From an uncultured Candidatus Poseidoniales archaeon (lineage in GTDB: Archaea; Thermoplasmatota; Poseidoniia; Poseidoniales; Poseidoniaceae), in assembly GCA_905182125.1 (NCBI GenBank), contig CAJJAV010000003.1, forward strand, positions 62,069-126,068: a stretch of 64,000 bases of DNA, given 5' to 3'. Shown here in pieces: positions 39,460 through 49,421 of the stretch. The translations under genes were made by a program, and so were the position numbers. Each line of letters opens with the position of its first letter. Within the stretch, counting starts at the first letter, position 1. The notes below the pieces were generated by a model. It was not told where the DNA came from, made no database searches, and saw only the letters and a program-made list of their open reading frames with translations.

Positions 39460-42400
39460 TCAGCTTTGGTCATCAAGGTACTGTTGGCCATAGTAGACCC
39501 ACTGTTCCATGGTCCATCCAGCAGGCAAACCTGTTGCAGGCAAAGGTGGACCTGCTGAGGCTTGCTGAGGGATAACTGGTGCAGGTGCCTGGAATATTTC
39601 CTGGGCCCCACCGTACATGGAATTAGCCACCATGTCGTTTGCAGGGACGGTTCCTGTGTTCCAGTTCTCAACAACTTCTTCGTTCTTGCCACGGGTAAAC
39701 AGGAGCACGACTAAGAGAGCGATGATGATGCCAACTGCAACCAAAGCAATGGTCTCAATTGGAAGGTTTTCTGTGAGTGTATCGGAGGTACCCGAGGTGC
39801 TGTCCGTTTGACAATCAGCACGTGAGTCGCTGCAAGCAAGATCAAGTTGAGTTTCCACAGCGACCAGATCGGCTTCCAGTTCTGTTGTGTCGCCAGTTGA
39901 TGCGGCGATGGATTCTTCAATGGATAATTTCGTTGAGGCCAAGTCGGCAAGGTAAGTGAAGAAGGTCAGTTCATCCATCTCAGCAGGTGTTGGTGCTGTT
40001 TCAGTGATCCGCCACTTCAACTTCGTGAGCGTCTTGTAATCATCACCCTGGTCATCGGTAGCAAGAACTTCCAGTTCGTAATAATCTCGGTCACGAGATC
40101 CATCTTCACGAGCAGATTGCCCTTCAAAGACAAGGGAGGCCATGTCGAGTTCGTGGACCCATCCATCAGAGGATTTGCTGACATCGAGTTCGTAGGAAAG
40201 CAAACCGTCACAGGTACCAGTCAGGTCATTGCAAACATTCCATGTCACTGAAATGTATGTGAAGACTGGTGCGCCATTCATCAGGCTCATCGACATGATT
40301 GGAGTTTGACCGATGTAGGTGTTGCTCATGTCTGCGAAGATTTGCCCATCACCGTTGCCATCGGTTGAAAGTGTCAGGGGCAGAGCATCATAGACATTGA
40401 TGGCCATTGTGTAGGTCGAGGTATCATACTTGTCCATCACTTCGAGGGTCACGGTTTGTGAACCAACTTGCTCGAATTGAAGCGTCAGGAGTCCGCTGAG
40501 GAGATTGTAACGTGCTGCTCCTGCTTCAGACGGCGTGACGGTCAAGAATGCTTCAGATGCTGGGTCATCGATGTCTGTAATTCGGCTGACAAGATCGATG
40601 ACCATTTGCTCATTGCGCTTGATTTGAATCGTATCGATGTTCTCCATATCAATTCGAGGTGCGTCATTCTCAGGATTGATTTGAACCACCATTGTCTGTT
40701 CAGAGATTTGTTCACCATCGCTTGCACGAAGGGTAACAACTGCCTGACCGTTGACATCATCATCGGTTGTCATGAACTCGAGAACATAACCTTGGAGTTT
40801 GAAGGTAATCAAATCGGTGTTGGTGCTGCCGATCATGGAAACAGCAAGGGTGTCTGCATTCACGCTTGTTCCCGTGTCATCTGTGTCCGAAAGGAATGGA
40901 AGGAGATTGATAATATCACTTCCACCTTCCTCAATGGTTTGAGTTGGGAGGCCTTCCCAGCGTGGCTGGCCATTTTCAACGACATTGAAGAGAAGGGTTC
41001 CGTATGGAAGTTCACCGGTCTCAGAGTAGTCGCCACCGTCGTCAACACGAATTTCCATGCCTTGTTGGTTAAGCGGGCAACCGTTGAGTTCGTCCCAAGC
41101 AAAATTGACTTCAAGCTCACTCGTTGCAGGATACCATGCTACAAACGAAGGGCTTTCCGAAGTGATCACGAGATCGGTCAAGGGTGTTTCAGGATCTGAA
41201 ACGTGGCCAGTCATGTCGACTTTGGTTGTGATGTCGCAAAGGACTGACGGAATTGGCTCAGCAATAACCGATGGAATGCCGTTGGCGAGTTTGAATCCAT
41301 CCGTACCCGCCGTGACCATCCAGCCGCTGGTTTGGCCTCGTGAATCCACGGTTTGAGAGCGGAGGTCATACCAGCCAGCAGACATGTCGACGGTTGGACT
41401 GATCACGTATTCTCGGCCTTCACTGGCCGAGCCTGGGTAGAGGATCGTTTCGCCGCCAGAAACTGCGACATTCGACCATTGATTGAGCCCAGTCGGAGAG
41501 ACTTCAATGTTGAAGCTCATGGTGTCGATGGTGTCGACATTGTCATCGGAATCACCTTTCGCCAAAATGGTGAATTGAGTGCCACGAGAAATGATGTTGC
41601 CACCCTCGACTTGTGCCTTCTTAGCCAAAGGAGGTCGGTCATGGTCAAGTTCTGTCAATGCCACATTGTTAGCACTTTGAGTCTCATCGACCAAACCGGT
41701 CAAGCGAACACCAAAGGTGGTTTTCCAACCGTTGCTTGGAAGCGAGGACGTGTCAAAGGTCACTTCAGCAGTTTGAGAAGAACCCATGACGATGTTGTTC
41801 AGAGACACGGTTTGAATCGGGACTTCATTCACGCCGTTCTTGTAAAAGAACTCAATATCTCCGCCAGCGGAGTAATCAAGGTCACCAACGTTGCTGATGA
41901 TTGAATTAAGCGTGATCGTATCGCCGATTACATAGGAAGAACTGCCTGCCGGGTTGGTTGCGGTGAGCGCACCAGGTGCAAGGTCCATCTTGGGGCCCAT
42001 TGTTGAGTCAATAGCGTGGTAAACGTGTGCTGAAGAACCACCGACTGAGACACTGTTTCCAGCCATCAGAACGCCGACAACGATTGCCTTGTTGATGCCA
42101 CCTGGCACCACTGAGGAAGGAACGCTCGACCAAGTAACGGATTGCGAAGAGGAAGTTGGAGTGACGCTAGCAAAGGAAGTTCCAGTGCCTGAGCCCTTGG
42201 ATTTGTAGGTATCACCAGCGGTTAACCAACCCATCCAGCAGTTGTAGCCATGTGGAATGCCCGATGAATAGGTGTAACCTGTGCAGTCCTTGTCGACAAG
42301 CGCAGCGTAAAGTTTCATGTTGCTTGCTGGAGAACCTGATCCGGAGTATCGGTAGGAGATGTCGATGTCATATGTACCACCGCTTTGAGAGATGGATGCT

Positions 42401-42897
42401 GACATGCCGTAGTCATTGGTTGTTGGTGCCATACCGCCACCGGAGGAAAAGAGGGAATCGTATGTGTCGTAGTTAGCAGATGCGCCGCCTTGGTTTTTGT
42501 CAGTTCGGTCACCGAAGTAGGCATCAGGTGCACCACCAGTGGACCAAGCCCAGTTGTATGGGGAAACTGCGCCAGCTCGTGCAGTGTCGGTGTCTCCATA
42601 GGAAGCAGACATGTAGGTGACGTAGACGTATTCGTCAGGATGGTTTCCTTTGATGGCGTGGTGTGCATCAGAGCCACCACCGGTTTTGGAGCAGTGACCG
42701 CAGTTATCTGAAGAAATGTATTGTCCGAACACGACGTGGCCCGGGCTGGTTGCTTGACTGGCCTGCTGAGTCATAGGTTCATCAGCGAGGGTATTATCAT
42801 TCATTGCGGGGTTCATTTCTGAGGTAAATCCCGTCAGAACACTACCAACGAAAATTGTCACGATTATGAGGGCAAGAAGGCGAGCGGACATCTTCAT
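39460..42897 (-). CDS. large membrane-anchored surface protein: thioredoxin-like CxxC domain, CARDB/cadherin-like Ig repeats, C-terminal TM and cytoplasmic GWTMEQW motif
   Basis: Signal peptide; CGHC; DET..ANN (CARDB-like); NDAP/NGQP repeat junctions; TM followed by PPLPATGLPAGWTMEQWVYYGQQYL. Confidence 0.7.
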   Translation of the reverse strand: MKMSARLLALIIVTIFVGSVLTGFTSEMNPAMNDNTLADEPMTQQASQATSPGHVVFGQYISSDNCGHCSKTGGGSDAHHAIKGNHPDEYVYVTYMSASYGDTDTARAGAVSPYNWAWSTGGAPDAYFGDRTDKNQGGASANYDTYDSLFSSGGGMAPTTNDYGMSASISQSGGTYDIDISYRYSGSGSPASNMKLYAALVDKDCTGYTYSSGIPHGYNCWMGWLTAGDTYKSKGSGTGTSFASVTPTSSSQSVTWSSVPSSVVPGGINKAIVVGVLMAGNSVSVGGSSAHVYHAIDSTMGPKMDLAPGALTATNPAGSSSYVIGDTITLNSIISNVGDLDYSAGGDIEFFYKNGVNEVPIQTVSLNNIVMGSSQTAEVTFDTSSLPSNGWKTTFGVRLTGLVDETQSANNVALTELDHDRPPLAKKAQVEGGNIISRGTQFTILAKGDSDDNVDTIDTMSFNIEVSPTGLNQWSNVAVSGGETILYPGSASEGREYVISPTVDMSAGWYDLRSQTVDSRGQTSGWMVTAGTDGFKLANGIPSVIAEPIPSVLCDITTKVDMTGHVSDPETPLTDLVITSESPSFVAWYPATSELEVNFAWDELNGCPLNQQGMEIRVDDGGDYSETGELPYGTLLFNVVENGQPRWEGLPTQTIEEGGSDIINLLPFLSDTDDTGTSVNADTLAVSMIGSTNTDLITFKLQGYVLEFMTTDDDVNGQAVVTLRASDGEQISEQTMVVQINPENDAPRIDMENIDTIQIKRNEQMVIDLVSRITDIDDPASEAFLTVTPSEAGAARYNLLSGLLTLQFEQVGSQTVTLEVMDKYDTSTYTMAINVYDALPLTLSTDGNGDGQIFADMSNTYIGQTPIMSMSLMNGAPVFTYISVTWNVCNDLTGTCDGLLSYELDVSKSSDGWVHELDMASLVFEGQSAREDGSRDRDYYELEVLATDDQGDDYKTLTKLKWRITETAPTPAEMDELTFFTYLADLASTKLSIEESIAASTGDTTELEADLVAVETQLDLACSDSRADCQTDSTSGTSDTLTENLPIETIALVAVGIIIALLVVLLFTRGKNEEVVENWNTGTVPANDMVANSMYGGAQEIFQAPAPVIPQQASAGPPLPATGLPAGWTMEQWVYYGQQYLDDQS

Positions 42898-43083
42898 GTT
42901 TTTTCACAGAACCCCGTCGGTATTAAAACCAACCCCTTTCAGGTTCTTCGCCGATACCTCATAATGAATGTACTGCGCTCAATTTTTAGATAAATTACGA
43001 ACTCGCAATGAAATTAGTATTTGAACCCATTTTCGCCTGCGTTGGCCACGAAGGATTGAAGCCAAACATCGATTGGCCCCCCT

Positions 43084-43878
43084 ATGGAGAACGAGTCCTG
43101 GGCTGTTTTGGTTGAACCAGAGGGGAAAGTCCACGTGGTCGAAATGACACCAGGAGTTCGTAAAATCAAGGGCCTCGGCGTCTTTGACCCTATCGAAACA
43201 ATTGGCGATACACCGTATGGATCCTCGGTCGCTGTCGGCCAGAAGAACCTGACTCGAATGCCCCCTCGTCTCCCAGAATTGTCAAAAGGTATGCTTCGTC
43301 GTGCACAAACCATCAGTGCAAAGGATGCTGGGTACTTCATCGCCCGTTTGGGCATCGGCGCAGGAGATCGAATCCTTGAAGCCGGGCTCGGGAGCGCAGG
43401 CCTTTCGATGCACATTGCTCACACTCTTGGTCAAACCGGAATTCATGTGACGGTTGAACCACGCTCGGAACATGCAGAAGTGGGTTTGAAAAACATGCTG
43501 CGAGCCAAGCAAAGTTGGCCGGTGTTCCCTGAACACCATCACATCGAAGGCGCCATCGAAGAGGTCATGGATCAAGTGGCTGAACACGTTCAAGCCTTTG
43601 ATGGAATCATCCTTGATCTCCCTCAACATCCATCCGCTATTGAAGCGGTTGCGCCGATGCTTGCAGTCGGTGGAAGAATTGCTTGTTACTGCCCGGTCAC
43701 AAGCCAAGTTGAAGCAGCCTGGGAGTCTTGCGAAGCCGCTGGTCTCGAGGTCGAATGGGCTGGTGAATTGATGGAACGCCAATGGGGCAAAGCATCCAAA
43801 GGCGGTATGCGACCAGTCAACGGCCCTTTCGGCCACACGGCGTTCTTGTTAATCGCTCAACGCACTTCGGCTGAATGA
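43084..43878 (+). CDS. trmI: tRNA (adenine-57/58-N1)-methyltransferase
   Basis: RRAQTI..KDA, ILEAG.GSAGLS, DGIILDLP, YCP..SQV, ERQW and MRP.....GHTAFL motifs. Confidence 0.88.
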   Translation: MENESWAVLVEPEGKVHVVEMTPGVRKIKGLGVFDPIETIGDTPYGSSVAVGQKNLTRMPPRLPELSKGMLRRAQTISAKDAGYFIARLGIGAGDRILEAGLGSAGLSMHIAHTLGQTGIHVTVEPRSEHAEVGLKNMLRAKQSWPVFPEHHHIEGAIEEVMDQVAEHVQAFDGIILDLPQHPSAIEAVAPMLAVGGRIACYCPVTSQVEAAWESCEAAGLEVEWAGELMERQWGKASKGGMRPVNGPFGHTAFLLIAQRTSAE

Positions 43879-43881
43879 TGT

Positions 43882-46800
43882 TCATTCGATGACTCGAATC
43901 ATCGTTTGACATTTTGGACATGTGAATCTAAACGGCGGTTCGCTGCTTCGCGGGACGCCGAGTCGTGCCTCGCATGAAGGGCAGCTGACTTTACCGGCTT
44001 CCATCCTGCACTCATTGTATCCAAGATCGGCTTGATCGCCCTTTTCTTCCGACAACACTTCTTCGGTCGTTTCTGAATCATCTTCATCAGTTTCGGAACC
44101 AGGACGGCGCACGTACAGTACCAAAGCGAGCAAGAGTGCAAAGCCCCATCCACCAAACAGTGCATTGAGCGTTGTTGATTGATCAAGTTGGAAGCCCAGT
44201 GGGAGCGTGACGCCTTGAGGCGGTTCAGCAGGCCCAGCGATCTTCACTGCAAACGCTGGTGATTGACTTGAGGCAGTGGTCGAGGTAGCGTCGATGGTGA
44301 ACGTGGCTTTGATGAAGAGGTCAGCGACTTCTTTGGCTTGAACGTCAGAGGTAAGGGTGAGTTCATACTCGACGGTGGCGAAGGGGGCCAAAACGAACGA
44401 GGTGGTGGATTCATTGTCGATGTAACGGGACCATTGTGCAATCAACATTGCGGAGCCGTCGCCGCCGTAATCCACGACACCACTTACCTGAGTGTTGGCG
44501 AGGTTCGTCACCGTGACCACAATGGTGGTGCCACCCGAATAAGGAACGCCATAGGATTGGGCATTTGTTGTAATTGCGAGGATATTGTCAGCGTCCCAAG
44601 AGGGTTCAACTGTGTAAATCTCGGTGTAACTTTGAACATATTCTGATCGGGCTGAACTCGTGACTCGGAACTTCAATTCACCCAGCCCTGATTGAGCATC
44701 TTCGTTGATGAGGCACGACCATGCAACTGCTGACGATGAGGCCCCTGCCTCTAGGTTGAGCAACCCAGTAACGCCACAGTCCATGCCCACGGTGGTGAGC
44801 AAGAGTTGGTCCATACCGGTCCCAGTGTTCTGGACAACAACCGTACCACGAATACTTTCCCCTGGTTGGGCTTGATCGTCGTCTGCAATTACAGTGATTT
44901 CTGCACCAGCCACCTGTGGGCGAACCGTGATGTTGCGGTGATCTTCAACACCGCCATCGTTGCCAGATGAAGCTCGAAGCGCAATGGTTACGCCGTTTAG
45001 AGGAGCACCCGTAGCCATTTCTCGAACCGTCAAAACCACGGTGGAAGTGGCACCGGCCTCAATCGAAACAGAGGTTGTGGAAAGGCTGTAGGAAAACCAA
45101 TTCATATCGCCATCGTCCACGATGTTGAATTGGATGATATCAGTCGATGTCCCGAGGTTCGTGACATCAAACATCACTGAAGCATTGTTGGAGGGACCCG
45201 CAACCACTGCATCGTTTGCGCTTGTGACAAGCACTGAAAAGCGATCTTGAATTTGTACATCGATGCTTTGGGTTGCCGTTGCTCCCGAACCACCGAACCC
45301 GAAGGTGATTGGATGGGTTGCTGGTTGTGCATTGTTAGCAAGGCTGAGGTTGAGATAGACCTCGGCTGAGGCGCCGACTTCCAACATCATCGATGTTTGG
45401 CTGATCTCGGCTTGCACAGAGGCAGGAAGGCCTGAAAGCGAGGCGACAACGGAAACGTTCCCAGTCCCCGTGTTGACCAATGTGAACATGGTTGAGCTCT
45501 CGCCACCAGGTTGAACCAAGATTCGACCATCCAGTGGACCAGACAGTTCGATCTTCGTGGTCGGGAGAACTTCGACATCAATCGAAGTTGTTGCCGTCAC
45601 GCCACCTCTGACCACTTCGAACGATTGCGCAAAGAAGCCAACGACATCAGGCTGCGCTGTGGTTTCGAGGCTCCATATTCCGACGTCCCCAGCAGCAACA
45701 AGCACTTCGCTTTGGGAGGTGAGTTGCGTTGAAAGGTTTGAGTGTCCAAGGATTTGTAACACAAAGGTTCGTTCTTCACTGCCGTTGTTTGTCAAGTGAA
45801 TTTCATAGGCTGTTGTTGTGCCAGGCGTGACCTCAATTGAGGCAACTGAACTGTCTAAATCAAACACAATGAGTTCATCCACCTGAAGGGTGAAAGTTGC
45901 ACCCTCTGAGAAACGACCGAGGTTTTCGGGAGTCGAACCGCTGAGGTGGAAGTCGCATGAATCCGATGTGGTTGCTGTCGATTCAACATCGACTTGAATC
46001 GCCAAATCAATCACTGCGTTCGGGGCGAAGTCCAAAGTCGATGCACTTGGAAGGGAGAAGGTACACGGGCCGCCAACCTCCGACAAATTCCAATCATAGT
46101 CAACTTGAGCGTTTCCTGTGTTGGTCACCTGTACGGTTGTGCTGACGGTTGTCCCTGGAATGAAATCCGCCTCTTGGGCAAGCCAGACCAGACCGAGGTT
46201 GTGCTCCTCATCGACATGAACCACAATCAGCGTGGAGGTGCTGATGTTGCCCTGGGTCGAGCCAGCAAACAAGCGGAACCCGTAGTAATCTGGAACGACA
46301 TCTGCTGGAACTGTCACTTGGAGCGTCGCTTGTTGTGATGAACCAGCACCCATGTTGTCGAATTGGTCATCAACCCATTGTACATTCCAGCCAGCAGGAA
46401 TTCCGCCACCGAGACCGCGGGAAGAAGAAGCGGCCGTGATGCTTGAAGACCATGGATAATCAAGTTGAGAAGTTTCGTTGAACACCGTTGCTGCGGCCGC
46501 TTGTTGCAACTGAAGTTTGATGGTGCTGTTGAGAGCCACTGTGTCGTTTGAGCCGACTGGCGAAGTTCCCGTCATTGTCGCATGCAAAACGCAAGCGGCG
46601 AGGTAGCTACCAGCCAAGGATGGGTGGCTACCATCGCTGCCATAGAGATCGTAGAACAAGTTCCCGCTCATGGAAGCATTGACGCCACCAGCCATTACCT
46701 CATCGTGAATGTGTTTGAAAGCAAGTCCAACCGGTGCAACCCAAACCGTCGCACCAGTCGCCGTCATGTTGGATTGGTAGTCGAGGTAGCCGGAAGTCAA

Positions 46801-47934
46801 GCGGTCCTGCATAACGGTGAAGTTCGAGTAAAGCATTGGGTTCAATGGATCCCCATTACGCCGTCCCCAAGTCATGAACAGGACAGATTCTGAGCCTTCA
46901 TCATCGATGGCTTGGGCGAGGTGAACTGCACCATCTTTGCTGGCAATCCAAGATGAAGTGGTGCGATTGAAACCTGGCACTTGGCTTTGATCTTGGAGAA
47001 CGACATAGTCCCAATCGATGTTGGCATCTCGAAGCGTGGTGTTGGAAACATGCCCGGAGGTGTTGACATCATCCCAATGTTGGGCAAGGCGTCGTCCACC
47101 CGGCGTGATTGCATCAGCGTTGAGCACACCCATTGATTCAAGCAAAGCGTTGAGGCTGTTGACCGAAGTGTAACTGTTGCCATACATCATCACATTTGAC
47201 AGCGAGGTTGTGTTGTTGCCGCCGGTGTTGTTGCCGCCGGTGTTGTTGCCGCCGGTGTTGTTGCCGCCAGTGTTGTTGCCGCCGGTGTTGTTGCCGCCGG
47301 TGTTGTTGCCGCCGGTGTTGTTGCCGCCAGTGTTGTTCGCACTTTGAGCGATCCACCATGCAGACAAATCAGGTTCATATTCGACATCGAGCAGCAATGT
47401 GTCGCTGACTGAACCGGCATTGGTGACGTCGATTGTGTAGTTCTCAGTGGCCCCAGCATCCATCATGGCAAGCGAAGTGCCCATGGTGTCGAATCCAAGG
47501 AGGGGTGAATAAGAGGGCGCGACGCTAACATACACCGTAATCATCGAAGTGATGCCTTGATCTGGCTCAGTGACATGAACATTAAATGAGCCGCTGTCTG
47601 CGGGCACGGCACCAGTGGAAAGCTGGATCACCACAGTGGTGTTCCGACTCCACGTAGGGAAGACGTTTGAGACAACATCTTCGCTGGCGTTGACGGCCCA
47701 AACAGCGGATAAGCCGCTCGAATCGATGGAAATGTTGTACGATTCAATCGACGAGCCATTGTTTTCAATTTCAAGGGTCACGTTTGTTGACTCTCCAGCT
47801 TGGAGGACAGCATGGTGTGTGTCTACGTCAAGCAAAATAGCGCTGTGCGCTGAAGCAGGCATTGCCAACGGAGCAAGGCTTGCCATGACCAGGATGAAGA
47901 CAAAGGCCACGGCGCGAGGGGAGCGAGACGACAT
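43882..47934 (-). CDS. large surface protein: COG1470/NEW3-type Ig repeats with an inserted SGNH hydrolase domain, C-terminal TM and Zn ribbon
   Basis: Repeated V.N.G...D units; YGNSYT, VVLQDQS and DGSHPSLAGSYLAAC (SGNH/DUF4886-like); CPSC...CPKC after the TM. Confidence 0.75.
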   Translation of the reverse strand: MSSRSPRAVAFVFILVMASLAPLAMPASAHSAILLDVDTHHAVLQAGESTNVTLEIENNGSSIESYNISIDSSGLSAVWAVNASEDVVSNVFPTWSRNTTVVIQLSTGAVPADSGSFNVHVTEPDQGITSMITVYVSVAPSYSPLLGFDTMGTSLAMMDAGATENYTIDVTNAGSVSDTLLLDVEYEPDLSAWWIAQSANNTGGNNTGGNNTGGNNTGGNNTGGNNTGGNNTGGNNTGGNNTTSLSNVMMYGNSYTSVNSLNALLESMGVLNADAITPGGRRLAQHWDDVNTSGHVSNTTLRDANIDWDYVVLQDQSQVPGFNRTTSSWIASKDGAVHLAQAIDDEGSESVLFMTWGRRNGDPLNPMLYSNFTVMQDRLTSGYLDYQSNMTATGATVWVAPVGLAFKHIHDEVMAGGVNASMSGNLFYDLYGSDGSHPSLAGSYLAACVLHATMTGTSPVGSNDTVALNSTIKLQLQQAAAATVFNETSQLDYPWSSSITAASSSRGLGGGIPAGWNVQWVDDQFDNMGAGSSQQATLQVTVPADVVPDYYGFRLFAGSTQGNISTSTLIVVHVDEEHNLGLVWLAQEADFIPGTTVSTTVQVTNTGNAQVDYDWNLSEVGGPCTFSLPSASTLDFAPNAVIDLAIQVDVESTATTSDSCDFHLSGSTPENLGRFSEGATFTLQVDELIVFDLDSSVASIEVTPGTTTAYEIHLTNNGSEERTFVLQILGHSNLSTQLTSQSEVLVAAGDVGIWSLETTAQPDVVGFFAQSFEVVRGGVTATTSIDVEVLPTTKIELSGPLDGRILVQPGGESSTMFTLVNTGTGNVSVVASLSGLPASVQAEISQTSMMLEVGASAEVYLNLSLANNAQPATHPITFGFGGSGATATQSIDVQIQDRFSVLVTSANDAVVAGPSNNASVMFDVTNLGTSTDIIQFNIVDDGDMNWFSYSLSTTSVSIEAGATSTVVLTVREMATGAPLNGVTIALRASSGNDGGVEDHRNITVRPQVAGAEITVIADDDQAQPGESIRGTVVVQNTGTGMDQLLLTTVGMDCGVTGLLNLEAGASSSAVAWSCLINEDAQSGLGELKFRVTSSARSEYVQSYTEIYTVEPSWDADNILAITTNAQSYGVPYSGGTTIVVTVTNLANTQVSGVVDYGGDGSAMLIAQWSRYIDNESTTSFVLAPFATVEYELTLTSDVQAKEVADLFIKATFTIDATSTTASSQSPAFAVKIAGPAEPPQGVTLPLGFQLDQSTTLNALFGGWGFALLLALVLYVRRPGSETDEDDSETTEEVLSEEKGDQADLGYNECRMEAGKVSCPSCEARLGVPRSSEPPFRFTCPKCQTMIRVIE
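47210..47337. repeat. 15-bp coding tandem repeat (GTGTTGTTGCCGCCR x8.5) encoding (NNTGG)n
   Basis: Eight full units plus a partial unit; the A variant recurs at 47269 and 47329, giving a 60-bp higher-order period. Confidence 0.95.
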
Positions 47935-48024
47935 AAGACCAAGTCAAGCCACCAATGCATACCACTTGAGTGAATCGGCCCTACGGGCCGTCAAAAAACG
48001 ACTTTAAGGGCTAAAATTAGACCA

Positions 48025-49263
48025 TCAATTCTGGAGGAGATTCAGCCGTTGTTCATCAATAAGTTCCCAAGGAAATGTTCCGTTTACGCCTGGTGTGCGA
48101 CCGAAGTGACCACCGGCAGCTGTCACCGAGTAAATGGGACGAAGTAAGTTCAAATCCTGAGCAATGGCACCGGGCCTAAAGTCAAAGGTTGAACGCACAC
48201 GTTGTGTTATCTCTCGATCAGCCAATGCTGATGTCCCAAAGGTCTCGACTCGAACACTGACAGGTTCAGCAACACCGATGACGTAAGCCAGTTGAATCTC
48301 ACACCGTTCGGCGATGCCTGCAGCAACCACGTGCTTTGCAGCCCAACGAGCGGCGTATGCTGCAGAACGATCAACTTTCGAGGGGTCTTTTCCAGAGAAA
48401 GCGCCACCACCATGACGGCCCATGCCCCCATAGGTGTCAACAATGATTTTCCTTCCAGTCAAGCCTGCGTCAGAGTATGGACCTCCTGGGTCTGCGAACC
48501 GCCCTGTTCCATTAACGACAAGCGTGTAGTTCTGATCCAGCAACTCCGAAGGGATGGCGTGTTCGACAACATGTCGGCGTATTTCGCTGCGAACATGGGC
48601 GAGTTCTTCGACCTCTGAACCACCGAATTGATCTTTGAGAGCCTTATCGTGTTGGATAGCGATGATGACGGTATGAACCCTTGACACAGCATCGCTTTCG
48701 TCATATTCCACCGTGACCTGAGATTTTCCATCCGGCCGAACCCAAGGCAGAATACCTTCTTCGCGAACTGCGGTCAAGCGGCGTGTAAGCCGTTGCGAAA
48801 GGGCTGCTGCGAGTGGAAAGTACCGGCCCTTGAGGCTCTCAAATGCTTCGGTTTCTGTGCAGGCATAGCCGAACATCAAGCCTTGATCGCCAGCACCTTG
48901 CGAGAGACCATCCTTGTTCACACCTTGAGCGATGTTGGATGACTGAGTGGTGATGTGGACCTGAACTTCAGTCCACTTTGAGGACGCCGCATCCATACCG
49001 ATGTCATGTGAATCATACCCCACTTTAAGGGCGGCTTTACGGGCCACTGCTTCATAATCAGGAGCGCTTCCATCGAGGGAAACTTCGCCAGCGAGAACAA
49101 TCAATCCCATCTCTTCTTTTCCTTTCACGCAGGTTTCAACCGCAACACGAGCGTTTGCATCAACCGCCAAGCAGGCATCGACAATAGCATCGGAGATGGT
49201 GTCACACAATTTGTCAGGGTGCCCGCAGGTCACGGATTCGGAAGAGAACAAGTCGCCTGTCAT
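48025..49263 (-). CDS. metK: S-adenosylmethionine synthetase, bacterial/eukaryotic type
   Basis: FSSESVT.GHPDK.CD, GAGDQG, DGKSQV, GLTGRKIIVDTYGG and GGGAFSGKDPSKVDRS motifs; start MTGDLF. Confidence 0.95.
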   Translation of the reverse strand: MTGDLFSSESVTCGHPDKLCDTISDAIVDACLAVDANARVAVETCVKGKEEMGLIVLAGEVSLDGSAPDYEAVARKAALKVGYDSHDIGMDAASSKWTEVQVHITTQSSNIAQGVNKDGLSQGAGDQGLMFGYACTETEAFESLKGRYFPLAAALSQRLTRRLTAVREEGILPWVRPDGKSQVTVEYDESDAVSRVHTVIIAIQHDKALKDQFGGSEVEELAHVRSEIRRHVVEHAIPSELLDQNYTLVVNGTGRFADPGGPYSDAGLTGRKIIVDTYGGMGRHGGGAFSGKDPSKVDRSAAYAARWAAKHVVAAGIAERCEIQLAYVIGVAEPVSVRVETFGTSALADREITQRVRSTFDFRPGAIAQDLNLLRPIYSVTAAGGHFGRTPGVNGTFPWELIDEQRLNLLQN

Positions 49264-49421
49264 GCATCCGCGCCTCAACCGGCGGTATATGAATGCAACG
49301 CCTATTCCGCACCCCACTTATTCCTAAAGAGAATAAAAGGAGCGTTTATACCCCATTTGGCACGAACGACGCTTGTGATTGAAACGAATGGTTGATGGCC
49401 TACACACGACGCCGTCGATGC

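Noticed and set aside
47210-47337. Regular repeat considered as a possible CRISPR array
   Set aside because: The units are 15 bp, contiguous, without spacers and in frame within a CDS; no cas genes are nearby.
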